DNA from: Bugula neritina
Lineage: Eukaryota > Animalia > Bryozoa
Direction of reading: 5' to 3'
NCBI GenBank assembly: GCA_964035545.1
Contig: OZ037767.1
Span: 23,638,628 to 23,702,627 of the forward strand
DNA: 64,000 nt
The translations under genes and the position numbers were made by a program. Below, piece after piece: positions 15,421-28,200 of this stretch (position 1 is the stretch's first letter; every line of letters begins with the position of its first letter). The notes beneath the pieces were generated by a model. The model was not told where the DNA came from, searched no databases, and saw nothing but the letters and a program-made list of their open reading frames with translations.

Positions 15421-15529
15421 AGTTTAGTGTTTTCAAGAAGCTGGGCAATTAATTTTGATAATCAATTTGAAAAACACACTCCTGCATGTATAACTCTATG
15501 TTTAGTGATATTGAACTGATGATTCATCT

Positions 15530-15930
15530 ACAGATGCGTTAGCTCTCTTTCTTAAAATAGATAAGAACTGTCCACAATTTTCAAGCAATTCTTACCAAAT
15601 CATTAAAATATTCTAAAAAAAATGGCTGCAAACGCCAACTGCAGTTTGTATCAAAATTACGAAGAAATACTCCACTAAAGAAGGGCGAACTATAAAAGTT
15701 GTTATATATATATATATATAACAAATTGCAAATGTATTTTTTAAAATTATGAATCAAGCATTTGCAAAGCAAAACTTACTCTATGAAATTAGCTTAGCAA
15801 AAATAGTGTAAAAGTTAGCTCCAATTGCCAAAGATACAGAAGGCAAAATAAATACCTATAACAAAAATATCTTGGAACAACAAAAAGCAACAAAACCAAA
15901 CCACCAACAAAAACTACAACTCTAGAAAAG
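15530..15930 (+). mobile_element. Penelope-like fragment (older, more diverged copy)
   Basis: Same linker sequence (aaatggctgcaaacgccaactgcagttt...gcatttgcaaagcaaaacttactc...gtaaaagttagctcc), interrupted by a TA run. Confidence 0.6.
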
Positions 15931-18366
15931 ATTAACATCTTTTGGCATGAATAAAATTTTATGTAACATAAATTTGCATTTAAGATGTATTGATTGGTGC
16001 CCTGAAAAAATTAGAAACCATGTATTTATTCATTAGTATGAAGCAGGTAGTTGAACTAGCAAGAGTGCAAGCAAATTAATAAATTGCGAAGATGAATCTT
16101 TTTAAGCTAACAACCGAACTCAGTGACGTGAAACTATATTAAAATCACCAAAAAACAAAACACTTTAAAAAAATACACCTTCACTGCATGGACAAAAAAC
16201 CTGTTGCTTTAAAAAAATATTGTGCACTAATCTACTCATGTACAATTCATATTAGACCTTAACAGATTTATGGTAAAGAGATACTTGTATGAGTTGCAGC
16301 TCCAAAAAAATGCAAAAACTTATGATAATTAAAAAAATAGCTAAAAAGAAAGTTAATGACTTATTGGTACAATGGTTGGGCTACCCAAAAAGACTAGAAC
16401 CCCGGTAGTAGAATTTTACAGTTTAATTAGAAAACCACCAAAATACTTTAATACCAAAATGCTAAAACATAATTATCACTGATCAAATCCCTAATGCATG
16501 TTTAAAAATACACTTTTGCACAATATTTATACTTTTTATCAAACTGTTCAACATTTTCCTATCATAAATCATTGTTTATTATGTTTTTTATCTGATGACA
16601 TTCACAATAGATGATTGGAGGAAATACTATTTCAAACACTTAAACATGGCATTGTTTGTTTCTTGATAATATCAGATGAACAGTCATGATAAAAATAACA
16701 ATGCATCATGAGGCCCATACACATGCATTTGTAACTACTAATAGTAATTGTTCATCTGTCAAATATCATCAATTTTTTTGAAAAGAGAGTTTTATGAGAG
16801 TACAGAATTTTCAGACGTTTAGTTTGAGGAGCAGAGCCTCTGCAAATCTTCTTTTTTCAAAAAAGAGCTCCTCAGAAAAAGCATGTTATTTGCATATTCG
16901 AACTAAGCAGAATGGTCATTTTGAGAAAACATTAACATATTATAGCAAAAAAAATTTGTATAGTAATGTGTTCAACTTACCAACTTTCGCTACTGTACAT
17001 AAGTTAGGTTCAGCATATGGCAGAGTGGCAGTCATCATCAAAGCTTTGCTCTCAGATTTGTCATAGAAGGCCGCTTTAGCTTTCATTAGTAAAGCAAATA
17101 GCTGCTCACAAAATCTAAAGAAAATTGTTTTAAGTATTAGTATATATGTTGATATGAAGCAAAGTATATTATATTAAATTTGCTGACAATAAAGCACCAT
17201 CCGTAATTACATCACTGCTTGGAAGGGGGCGTGGCTTAAAGTATAATATGGTTGTAGTGGCTACGTGACAAATTTATCTTGTTTCAACAATTGTTGCACT
17301 CTTATTATAAGTTTGCACCAAAAATACGTTTTTTGTGCAAACATATGGGGCAGAATTTATAAATCCATTTATTTCTCATACCAAGAAGATACGATTATTA
17401 AAAACAATTTAATTTAACAGTGGTTTAAAGTTGTGCATGTTTTCTACATCTTATTGCCACCCGAGCCGTTTGTATAATTGATGAAATTGGTTTATCATAT
17501 TTTTAGCAATAACTATATATTTTATGGACAGGTTCAATACTTTTTGCATTTCTGAAAAAAATTATTTTAAAAATTTAAAAAGCTCTAAATGATAACTCTT
17601 CAAATAGGGTTGCAATAATAAAACCACCACAGTATAATTTGACTCTCAAGTTAATTGTATCACTCTCATAAGCCAGCATGTATAGCGCACTATAACCATG
17701 CATTATAAATTATAATTAGCTAATTAGGTAATTATATAGTATATTTTTTAGTTATTTAGTCTAATCACATGGTATATAGTCATTTACACAGTAATTATAT
17801 TACTTATAGTTACTTTAGCTGATTAAGTTTTTGAATTAAATTGCTAAATAATATAATTTGTCAAGCAATATATAATTTGAATCTATTTTAAGCTAAACTT
17901 AAAGTGAATGGTAAAACCTATGCATGGCTATTAGGTATTGGTTAGGAGTTATAACTCATAAAGGTAAAAGTAACATGCACCTTTAACAGAATGTTTATTA
18001 ATAGTTGCTTATATTACTAACAAGTTTTTACATATTTGATCTCTTGTACAAAGCGTTTCAAATTGTTTTATCCATATCCAGCACAAAGTCAGAATAGAAC
18101 TGTTAGTCTAAATTTATTCTACCTTACTAGTTATATAGTTGAAATTAGTGTGATGTAACTAGGTAGTAGTGTATATAAACTATAATTTATATAATTAGCA
18201 TGTTGCTGGTTTAATGTGTAAAATATTTTGTATGAAAATGTATATATGCTGGTTCATGGAATGTAAAATTCTACACAATTAGTATACAAGGAAAACAGCG
18301 CCCTAAATAATGAGTTTTACAAACATACCGTAAAGGTGATAGAACCGCAACCAGTAGGTTTCCGTG

Positions 18367-18428
18367 ATGCTGCCCTTTCTGCTGATTTGGTTTACATCTG
18401 GTGTAATGTTATCTACGATCTCTGCCAG
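18367..18428 (+). pseudogene. Orphan signal-peptide exon of an RTK paralogue (copy C)
   Basis: MLPFLLIWFTSGVMLSTISA-AG|gtagg is homologous to RTK-A MMLLPLQLWITSGVILFTTVSA-AG|gtatg. Flanking intron homology covers about 18200-18680. Confidence 0.8.
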
Positions 18429-20077
18429 GTAGGTCATTGGAAAATGTATACATAGTAAGATTACTGACTGCATATTACATAACAGATTTATAAAATACTT
18501 TATACCACTAGGAGATGGTTTCACAGACAATATTGGGTAATACTAAATATCTGTTATTAGCAATTAATCACTAGACAGTAAGTTATGATGAATATTATTT
18601 TAACTTTAGACCTGGCTTGCATTTGTTGGCTTCAAAAATGATTTGACCATGGGAAATTTATACTTTGTAAAAAACTCCTATATTATGAATTCTTATCAAT
18701 AAGATTTGAGATTTAGTTTTGACTTGATTACTTAAATCAAATCAGAGTACAAAAATATATGCAAATCGTAGATTAAGTTTAAAAATTAAAACATAAGCAC
18801 TTTAATTTAAAAAGAATAGAAGCAAGTTCTTACCTTCTGCGTAGTGCAGATTCCAGCTATACAATTGCTCATTGTGTAGGTCGGCAATGTATTATACCAG
18901 CTAGCATGTTATTAATTACTCATTACATGCTTGGTGGAGCACATAAGTGGTGCTTAATTTCAAACTATTAATATTCACATAAATTACTTGTATTTATTAA
19001 TATAAAGTGTATTGTGGTTTTCCTCTCTAACATGCAAATTTATTACATGGAACGGAATAATATTTTGTAATAATATTACTTTAGACTAACAGTATATATA
19101 GGCCTATATAATATACTCAGGATCATAATCTAATATAGTTTTAAACAAATACCTATTAAGACTACAATCTCATTTTTCATCTCGTCACTATTGTTTTTTG
19201 TTCACAAAGATACATACTGGGACATGCATGAGAAAACACTAAATGGCTTAGCTAAAGCTCCAGTGATAACGAAAGCTTGTTTAATCTATCCTACACTATT
19301 TTGTGCATCGCTACATGTCAATGCATCAAATAGATTAGTATGAGATGTTAGTAAAGTAATTAAATAAAATGAACAACACTTCTAAAAAGTTTTAATTCTA
19401 TCTGGCCCATTTTATTTCATAAATGTTTATGTTTGCTCCAGCTGCTAAGCAAAGAGTTAGGAATTCTATAAAGCGCATTGATGCGTATACAATGTATAAC
19501 AGAACAGAGAGATGAATTTTTTAACATATATATCGAATGTTCACCTTGATAGTGGTGCAGATAGGCAAAAATTATATGAGTAAGTTTAATTACACGTATA
19601 TTCAGAAGAAATTAGTTTACAGAAATAAAATATTTATGCCTTGCTCATTAAAACAGCTAATAATTTGTTTTGATGTTATTTCTATTTATTACTGATACAC
19701 ATACAAATATTCAACGAGGCAAATAAAGCAAGCTGCTCTAACTACAGGTGCTAATAAACTAGAGCTTTATTTTAGAAAAATATGACGCATTTACTTACAA
19801 AAGAATTATATATTAAATGAGGTATGAAGTTTGTTGATATTGTATAACAAATATTTTTATATATTATTTAATATTGAAAATTGTGCAGTTAAGAAAACAG
19901 TTTTATAAATTTCTCTCAGTGCAGTAGACTGCCAGAAGATGATTACATACTGTGAGGTTTGGAGTAAACTGTCCTGCTATAGATCTTACAGCTTTGCGCA
20001 AGTTATGACTAGTTATAAGTTCTTCCGTCTTAGGCAGATTTAGCTCTACTAGGAACCTCCCACAAAATATTATTTTG

Positions 20078-20079
<2 letters not shown>

Positions 20080-20153
<74 letters not shown>
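20080..20153. repeat. (TA)n microsatellite
   Basis: Direct inspection. Confidence 0.97.
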
Positions 20154-20157
<4 letters not shown>

Positions 20158-22649
20158 ATTAAAGTAATTTGTTTGCGAGAAATTCGCTTTATATTATTTT
20201 TATTTTTATTTCAGGTAATATGATTTACATTATATTGAGTGAAAATATCATCATTTGTTTGGGTACATTATAGAACTTGGTTATTGCATTAATATTTTTC
20301 AGATTGATATACATGTATAACCGTACTCATTAGAAATTTTTTTTGTTAAAAAGCTTATCAATTCATCTTTGAAATAATGTCCACACCTGTGAAAAATAAA
20401 ATGCATGTAAATATGTGACAAAATTTTTAAAATTTTGATAAAATTCATTTAACAAATTGCATTGTCTAGCAAACTTTTTATAATGAACCTACATGTATAC
20501 ATGATTGGGTTCGAAAATATTATTATCTCGAGTTTCTCACAGGTGCAGTAATGAGTATATAAATAAACACAACATACTTCATTTCTTTAGTAACATTTCT
20601 AGGGTAGCTTAAAATATTGATTAATTGCAATAAGTTAAATATTTTACGTTAGACACTATTTCAATAGATGATGGCTGCTTCAGGTAAGTAAGAAACGCTC
20701 TCTGTGTTTAGCCAAAGCTGGGGGTCATCTCTCAGTGTAGGCCAGGCAGATGAGATGTAGAACATGAAATTTGAGTTGGTTGTGGAGTATAACCAGCTGA
20801 CATGAGTCATCGCGGGAAAGCACTACATTGGGCTTGATGATGGAGAGGCTATATGAACTAGGTTAAGACAAAACCTGCGCATTTGGCTTGTTGGTTTGCA
20901 TTTGAGGTTTTGAGTTTGGGGTTTGGAATTTAAAGTTGGGTTTGAGCTAACTATAAAGTTGAAAACAAGAGGGAAGAGGTACACAGATATGTAACCAATG
21001 TACTCTTTTGAGACAAGCTGTGTTATATGTATTATTCATTATGTAATGTTTAGTATATATATTATTATATAATATGTTGTCTACTCTACAGACATTTTTA
21101 AACTTCAAGCACTTTTTTATACCAAACAATGGGCAGTCTACAGTAGAGCTCTTCAATTATGTGTCAGTACAGGTACATACGTAAATTAGATACATTTTTT
21201 AAATAGCATTTCAATGATATCTCTTCTGCTTGTGCCAATTCAACTTACGTAACAATGGGCGGACAACAAAAAAGCTCTTCAACACTGTATATTTAGAATA
21301 TTAATAATAAATTATTCATAATTAAAAGTTGCCTATAAGATTATAATTTGCATAATGTCACATCATATTAATTAGGCCCAAGACATATGTGTTTTAGTTT
21401 AGAAGTAATAGAGAGAATAGTTCTAGTTTATAGAAAACATTACAGAAAACAAACTGAAAGCTTATAATATAGTAACAACCAGTCATACTATTATGAAACA
21501 GTTTGATGATAGGTATTTGCTAGCTATAAGTGCATTATATTGTAATTGTATCGAAATGAGTAAATGAAAATAGAATATTGTCAGCAATGTACATTTGTTT
21601 TATGCACTAACTGTAGCATGTTGAAATAATTCCTCTAACTAGATTTTCAGGCATTAATATAAATTATTGCTTAAATAAGAAACTTTTTCAAACAATCATA
21701 AACAATATTGCTGATTAAATGCTTATATATGCGCATAACTTTCTTCATGCACAGAATAAATTTACTTTTACTTTAAGTGCAGCTCAGCTAGCTTCTCTCA
21801 GCTAGCTTCACTGACTCACACAATAAGCAGCAGTTAGAACAAACCTGAAACTGTTCCTCCCACATCAATCATGTGCTTATAGCTTAGTTTATTGCCAAAT
21901 TTATATTGCATTTAATTTATTCTCAAAAACTTTTCCTATTAAAATTAATCTATACTTAATCTTGTTATGCATTTATAATTACATTATGTGTAAAGCAGTT
22001 GCAAAATTTTAAGAAAGAAAATTGTAGCTTCAAAACTATACTTACTGAACTTTATTTATTATAGCTGCCCAACGCATGGCATTAACAGCTTTATGCTTGT
22101 TATATCACATATTTAATTTTACTTTTTTCTTTTTCATAAATATTGCATGCATATTTAATATAGTTACATGATATTTCATTATCTAAGTATATATAATAAT
22201 GCTTTCCTATTAATCAACAAAATTAATTATGCATTTTCACACCATATTGTATATACATGTATACCACCACTTACACAATATATATTGTCCATAAATCACA
22301 ATTAACAATTTAAAATAAGCTACCCTTTTAAACAACCATGCAATACTAAACTTCATTAAAAGAAAGGCGGATTTTACCAACATATTATAACTTGATTAAC
22401 GCTCAAGATTAACTTGGGAAAATAATACAAGCGTAGAATTTATATTAGCCCCACTTCAGCATTAAGCGCTATTATTTGCTATAATCATGTCAAATAGTAG
22501 TCATTATTATTAGGAATCATTTTTAATAATGCCAAATGATAAGCGTGCATGCGTGTGTGTGTGTGTGGGGTTTGAAAATGGACTATGAATGATCGACTCA
22601 TGTATCCCCGAAAATTGGTTGCTTTGCAGTAATATTTCCTTATTCAATA

Positions 22650-23095
22650 TCTGGTGGAACTTTGTTTACTGCTGTTGGTTTTATACCAAATACTGGTGTA
22701 AAAGTGTATCTGAACAGTTCAGATGGACTTATGTCCCCTGTAGAACACAGTATATAGTATGTTTGGAAGATTTAATTTACTATCCAGCATGATTTTTGTA
22801 CAAAAAATACTCATTATATTGATGCTGAAGTGACACACTGTACAAATTAATATCAACTTATTACATTTAGCATAATGTTAAGTTGAAAGTTTGAGAATAT
22901 TAAATATGTTCACAATTTTTAGTTCTTCCATATTTACAGACCACAGAAACTGTTCTTTAAGATGCCAAATCAAACTAAAGAAGGTGAAGTTCAGTTAATA
23001 ATAAAACTCTCAGAAAATGTTACAGCAAAGTATGACTTTGTATATGGAAAAGATCCTATTTTAAACCATCCTGTTCAGTCTGACACTATTGCTGC
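22650..23095 (+). pseudogene. IPT-1 exon remnants of an RTK paralogue (copy C)
   Basis: SGGTLFTAVGFIPNTGVKVYLNSSDGLMSPVEH at about 22650-22750, and an exon from 22940 encoding MPNQTKEGEVQLIIKLSENVTAKYDFVYGKDP, identical to A and B. The 5' part and the downstream donor are lost. Confidence 0.82.
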
Positions 23096-23204
23096 AGAGT
23101 GTTTGTACTTGAATTTAAAGCCATTCCTGGAAGATAGGTTGTAGATGTCTGACTGAGACATCCACAATCACATCCACATCCATCATCTGTATAATGTATT
23201 ATAT

Positions 23205-23410
23205 TAGCATCAGCATCTACCTGCTTCATATACTAATGGATGAATACATGGTGGTGTACATTTTTCAGTATACCAATCAATATACCTTAAATACAAATGC
23301 ATTTTACATAGATTTTTTTATCCAAATCAATAAATGCTATTTTTTTCTTGCAGTTGCAGCTCTTGGTGGTTCGGTTTGTTGCTTTGGTTGTTCCAAGATA
23401 TTTTTGTTGT
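23205..23410 (-). mobile_element. Inverted copy of the Penelope/RTK chimeric repeat
   Basis: Reverse complement of 4100-4300 and 15860-15950 type sequence (gcatctacctgcttcatatactaatggatgaa...gcagttgcag...tgttccaagatat). Confidence 0.7.
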
Positions 23411-24806
23411 GGTTAAACAGGTGAACTATGGTCGTTGCTCACTATCTCTAAGGTGTTTAATAACATCAGTAACTGAACTGATAAGAAAGTGGTCACGATT
23501 TAACAAGCTTGTGACTTGCTGTTTAGACGAATCTTACAATACAAGTCTCGTATATCGTATATGCATTTTGTATATTAGATTTGTCTGCTCAATAATAAAA
23601 GATGCATGTGTTATGTTATGTTCTTATTAGTGCTCAATATGACTAAACTCACAAGACTATTCATTAATTGAGGTGAAGGAAGAAGAGGTATCTATATACC
23701 GAGACTATTCGTGGCGCTAGCAAGCTTGATGTCAGCTGTTTACTCTTCTTATCCTCTCTTCCGGCAGCAATGACATCGCCAACGCTATAGTTGGTGAATG
23801 TGCCCCAGGCATAATATATGGCCTTGTGAATCATATCCTTCTTATAGTCTATATATCGGACTACACGACCCTTCCATGAGTTTTATTGAAATAAGCCATA
23901 AACAAGTTATGTTAATAGAAGATAACTCTTGCTTATACATGTATTACAGACTTGCTTCCGCTATTTTCAACTTATGAAATGCCGACAGTATAATATACTG
24001 TTGGCATTATATTAACCTGAACATTCATACATACCTAATAGTTTATTTATATTATGTTTGTGGTGAGCCTAAATGTGAGTATGAATATCACAAATGACAA
24101 TGAAAATAGTATTATAAGGCACTTGTTTCTAAAAGGGTCTAGTACTATCCACGCCTTTCTTGAGGGGTGTAGTAATACCGAATCCATTCTGGAAAGGTTT
24201 AGTATTATACACTCCTTTCTGAAAGGGGTGGAGGCTGTAATACACACACCATTTAAACTACTAGCCTCAACTGGTCTATATTATTCTGATTCACCTCTTT
24301 ACATTCCATTGTTGAACATTATCTCTTACTGAACATAAATACATTGATGTACTCAATAATCTCAATTTGCTTGAAATAAAACTATATAGTGTTATATGAT
24401 TTTATGTATTGTAGCTTCTATGTACTGCTTTCCCAATAAATGATGACCTACTAAGTTATAATAGTAATTGATAACAAATTTTAGTTTATTTAACAGTGAA
24501 GTACAATTCAGAATTTTTTTATTACTCAATAACAGCAGATAACATCCTAAACTAGAACAGCGGTTTAGTACATTAGGTAATGTTATAAAGTTGGAAATTT
24601 TAACAATGAAAAGATAATTGATCACAAGCAATTTACTTATTCGAAGAAAAAATAGACAAAAGAGCAAAGATTTGCAAAAAGTTGAATATACAAAACAAGA
24701 CTTGTTTAAAAGTCAACTTACAGCCGTATGGAAAACCAATAGAACATGCAGTTGATTCCGTAATAAATAAAAATCTATCAAGTAACAAAACACAAGAGTT
24801 GTGCAT

Positions 24807-25155
24807 GATTCTACATCTATGCAAGCTAAACTGTAGATTCTACATCTATGCAAGCTAAACTGTAGATTCTACAGCTACATAAGCTGAACTGTAGAATCTA
24901 CATCTATGCAGGCTAAACTGTATATTCTACATGCAGCTACACAAATGAAACTGTAGATTCTACAGTTATACAAGTTAAACTGTAGAATCTACATCTATGC
25001 AAGCTAAACTGTAGATTCTACAGTTACACAATTTGAACTGTAGATTCTACAGTTATACAAGTTAAACTGTAGATTCTACAGCTATACAAGTTAAACTGTA
25101 GAATCTACATCTATGCAAGCTAAACTGTAGATTCTACAGCTGCACAAGCTAAACT
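24807..25155. repeat. 29-bp minisatellite, about 12 copies
   Basis: Unit gattctacatctatgcaagctaaactgta repeated head-to-tail with variants. Confidence 0.92.
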
Positions 25156-25201
25156 AAAAAATAAATAAGCAATATCAGCAAAGGTCAAATGCCATAAACA
25201 C

Positions 25202-28200
25202 TCAGAGCTCATCGTGAATTTCTTCATCTTCCTTTGTATCTTCCCATTGTTTTTCTATGGCGTAAATTTCCTGGAGAATATTGTATAGAAGAAATGCTAG
25301 TCTGCATATATGTTATATATCACAGGCTATAGCCTATAATGTGCTGGGGAGCGGCCGTGGTCTAGGGGTTAGAGCGTTTGTCTAGTAAACATGAAGGTCA
25401 TGGGTTCGAGCCCGGGCAAAGGCCATTGGTGATGTTAAGAAGAGCATCCAGTCATAATTGCTCCTGTGCCTCATTTAAATAAGTCCTTTGCCCGCTTTAA
25501 CAAAAACCCTTTCTATCAGGGGTTTCTCACAGAGATAGTGACAATAAACTGGCGTGAGTTTTTTTTTATAGCATATAATGTGCTATGATATGCACATCAT
25601 AATATTATAGTACACGCTATACCACATGTACTATATTAGCATGTATGTCATATTACAGCCCTTACTATAGCACATGTACTATATTACAGCACACGTTTTA
25701 GCTTGTATGTACTATAGTATGTATACATATTATAAAGAAATTGTGCTATAAAACACACTGTAGGGCACTCACCTTGAAGTAAACACTAACATCTGTCCAC
25801 CTGCTTTCAGGCATAGCCTTTAAGTCCACTGCATCCACTTTACCATCTCCACCCACGTCTATCAGATCAAACATCTGAAGAGATAAAGTTCACGGCAGCT
25901 AAAGTAATATTACTATAGTCACAATGATATCTGACCTCAGTAGAAACAATGCATGAATAAAGAGAGTACAAGAGAGCTAATTGGGTTTACCTTTTTCAGT
26001 ATAGTAAGGGCTCTATCATGCTCCAGTGTATCAACAAATTCAGGGTCATTCATTATCTGCAATGCATATGTCACACAGTAGAGTGTTAATTAGAGCACAA
26101 CAAGGAAAAAGCTACACTAAATATGATATAAATAACATAAAGCAGTTGAGTTCAAGGTTAACATTTCCAAACCATAGTTCTCGAGACAGGTCGGTCGTTA
26201 GCTACAGCTTACCAACTAGCCAGTTTAATATCTCTCCCCTTTAAGTTTCATTTTATTAAATATTTAAATATAAAATTTGAACTTAGACGCTCATGCTTCT
26301 TAGTTACTGAGTTTAGTTGCAAATAGACAAGCTGCCTAGGTGTATAGTCTATCGGCATCAATCCAATGGCCTCAAGTTTTTAATACAGATGTTGCTTCTG
26401 TTCTGCCAGGATGGTCAGACCACCCTTTCTATCTGGCAGACCAGTTAGGTTGTCAATTGAAGCGATAACATTTCAACTTGAGACAGATTGTAGCAGTCAT
26501 ACATGTTTACTGATTATAACATTAATTCACCTGACCTGACATAAATGGCAGGTATAAGACAGCTGATAATGAGACATATTGTTACTTACAGGTAGGTTTA
26601 AACTAGATATAAATGCTTCAACAGTCAAGGAGTTGTCCTCTACTGCTCCGGTCACAACGTATCTACAAACAGCAGCATTGGCATTCAGAGTTCAGGATTA
26701 AAGTCAAGTCATTGCAATAAATAACTCTTGGTCACTTAATGAACTTAATTGCTACTGAGAGCATGCTAGAGATAGTAAAGCTGAACAGAGCTTAAGCTAA
26801 CCGAATGATTTCGGGAGATGACTCCAAATTATCCATTCCAGATGTCACTACATTGTCCAGTGTCAACGCAGGGTCAAATTCCTTGTCACACTTTTCTAAG
26901 TCAATTTCCTTATTTTTAAAGCTGTTCCACCAGATGTTAACGGCAATGTTTCTGTTGTAAGATCGTACTTGGTGTATCCTACAGCATAAATATTCTGAAA
27001 TACAGCATAATATAATAAAAGATAATATAATACAACAAGACATAGTATTATAGAAACATAGTATAATGTAGCATAATATACTATAATACAACATAATAAA
27101 ATATGCATCATAACATATAATATAATATATAATATAATACAATATAATATAATTTGTTGTATTAAAATTTAATATAATAAAAACACAGTATAGTACAACT
27201 TAATCATATATAGTATAACATATTGAAATATAGTATAACATTAAAATATATTGTAGTATAACGTAACATAAAGTAAAACATATTAAAACAGAGTAGGCTA
27301 TAACATAAGATAAGAAAACATAAAATGAATAGAAATTCGTTCACACAGTGAGCATCACCAGTTAAACGGAATGTAAAGACAGTCTCCGGGCTCTAAGTCA
27401 GCGTGCATGAACTTAACGTCAGCAAGACCTGGGTACTTTGTGTAGTCAACATCATCGACATCAATGCCAGAGTATGCACCTTCAGGGTGGTCAAACAGCA
27501 CCTTGTCCTGCATTGACAGTATTACATATTAATAACAATAGAATATGTACATGCTAAGTAAATGGTAAGTAAACGGTAAGTACAGTTTCTATGTCTATGT
27601 TGCTTGTAAGAGATATGAAATAAAGTACAAGCAAAGTACAATCAGGTTCCATCAATGCTGCTGTGTTGGCTTTATTAGTGATTGACAACTCATTGAGGCA
27701 TCTGTATGCGATGCTCACAACTGTTGGTCTATGTATTATATTGTATTTTTTTTTAAACTAAACTGCAGCAGAACCCTTGCTTGTGGAAATACTTTATCTC
27801 ACATTCAAACCCTTGACTATTTCAGTTGCTAAGATATCTTATTGTTTTTTAGTAGAGTAATATTAATACGTTTACATCAACATAACATATTAACAGTTGT
27901 ACAGAAGATAATAATATACACTCTTGAAAATATAGCAGCAAAATTGAAAAGATCATAATACAAGTTAGTGGCGACATCACATCCTGCATGTAGAACTTAC
28001 AGCGTGCTCGGGAGGGACAAACACAAATTTCTTAATACCAGCCACCAAACAGTTCATATTCTCCACAGAGTCAGTATGTACAACAGAGGAAGTCCCACCA
28101 CTACTGTACCACATAACCTGACAAAACACAAAGCTGAATGGGTAATGGATTATTGTAAGTTGTGAAATAATGAAACAGTCATAGCGTTTATAAACTTATT

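Larger units (their letters stand above)
16808..21284 (-). pseudogene. Candidate decayed multi-exon gene of unknown identity
   Basis: AG/GT-bounded segments that are open or carry a single stop: 21284-21249, about 20035-19951, 19310-19218, 18900-18834 (phase-compatible with the previous one), 17114-16981, and a terminal piece near 16906-16818. No recognisable domain. Confidence 0.3.

Noticed and set aside
24807-25155. CRISPR-like array (TCTAC...GTAGAT hairpin superficially like a Cas12a repeat)
   Set aside because: Units are head-to-tail with no unique spacers, there are no cas genes, and the context is eukaryotic. It is a minisatellite.
25346-25420. Functional tRNA-Thr gene
   Set aside because: The acceptor stem does not pair, and the sequence continues into a 150-bp shared body with tail and TSD. 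It is a SINE.
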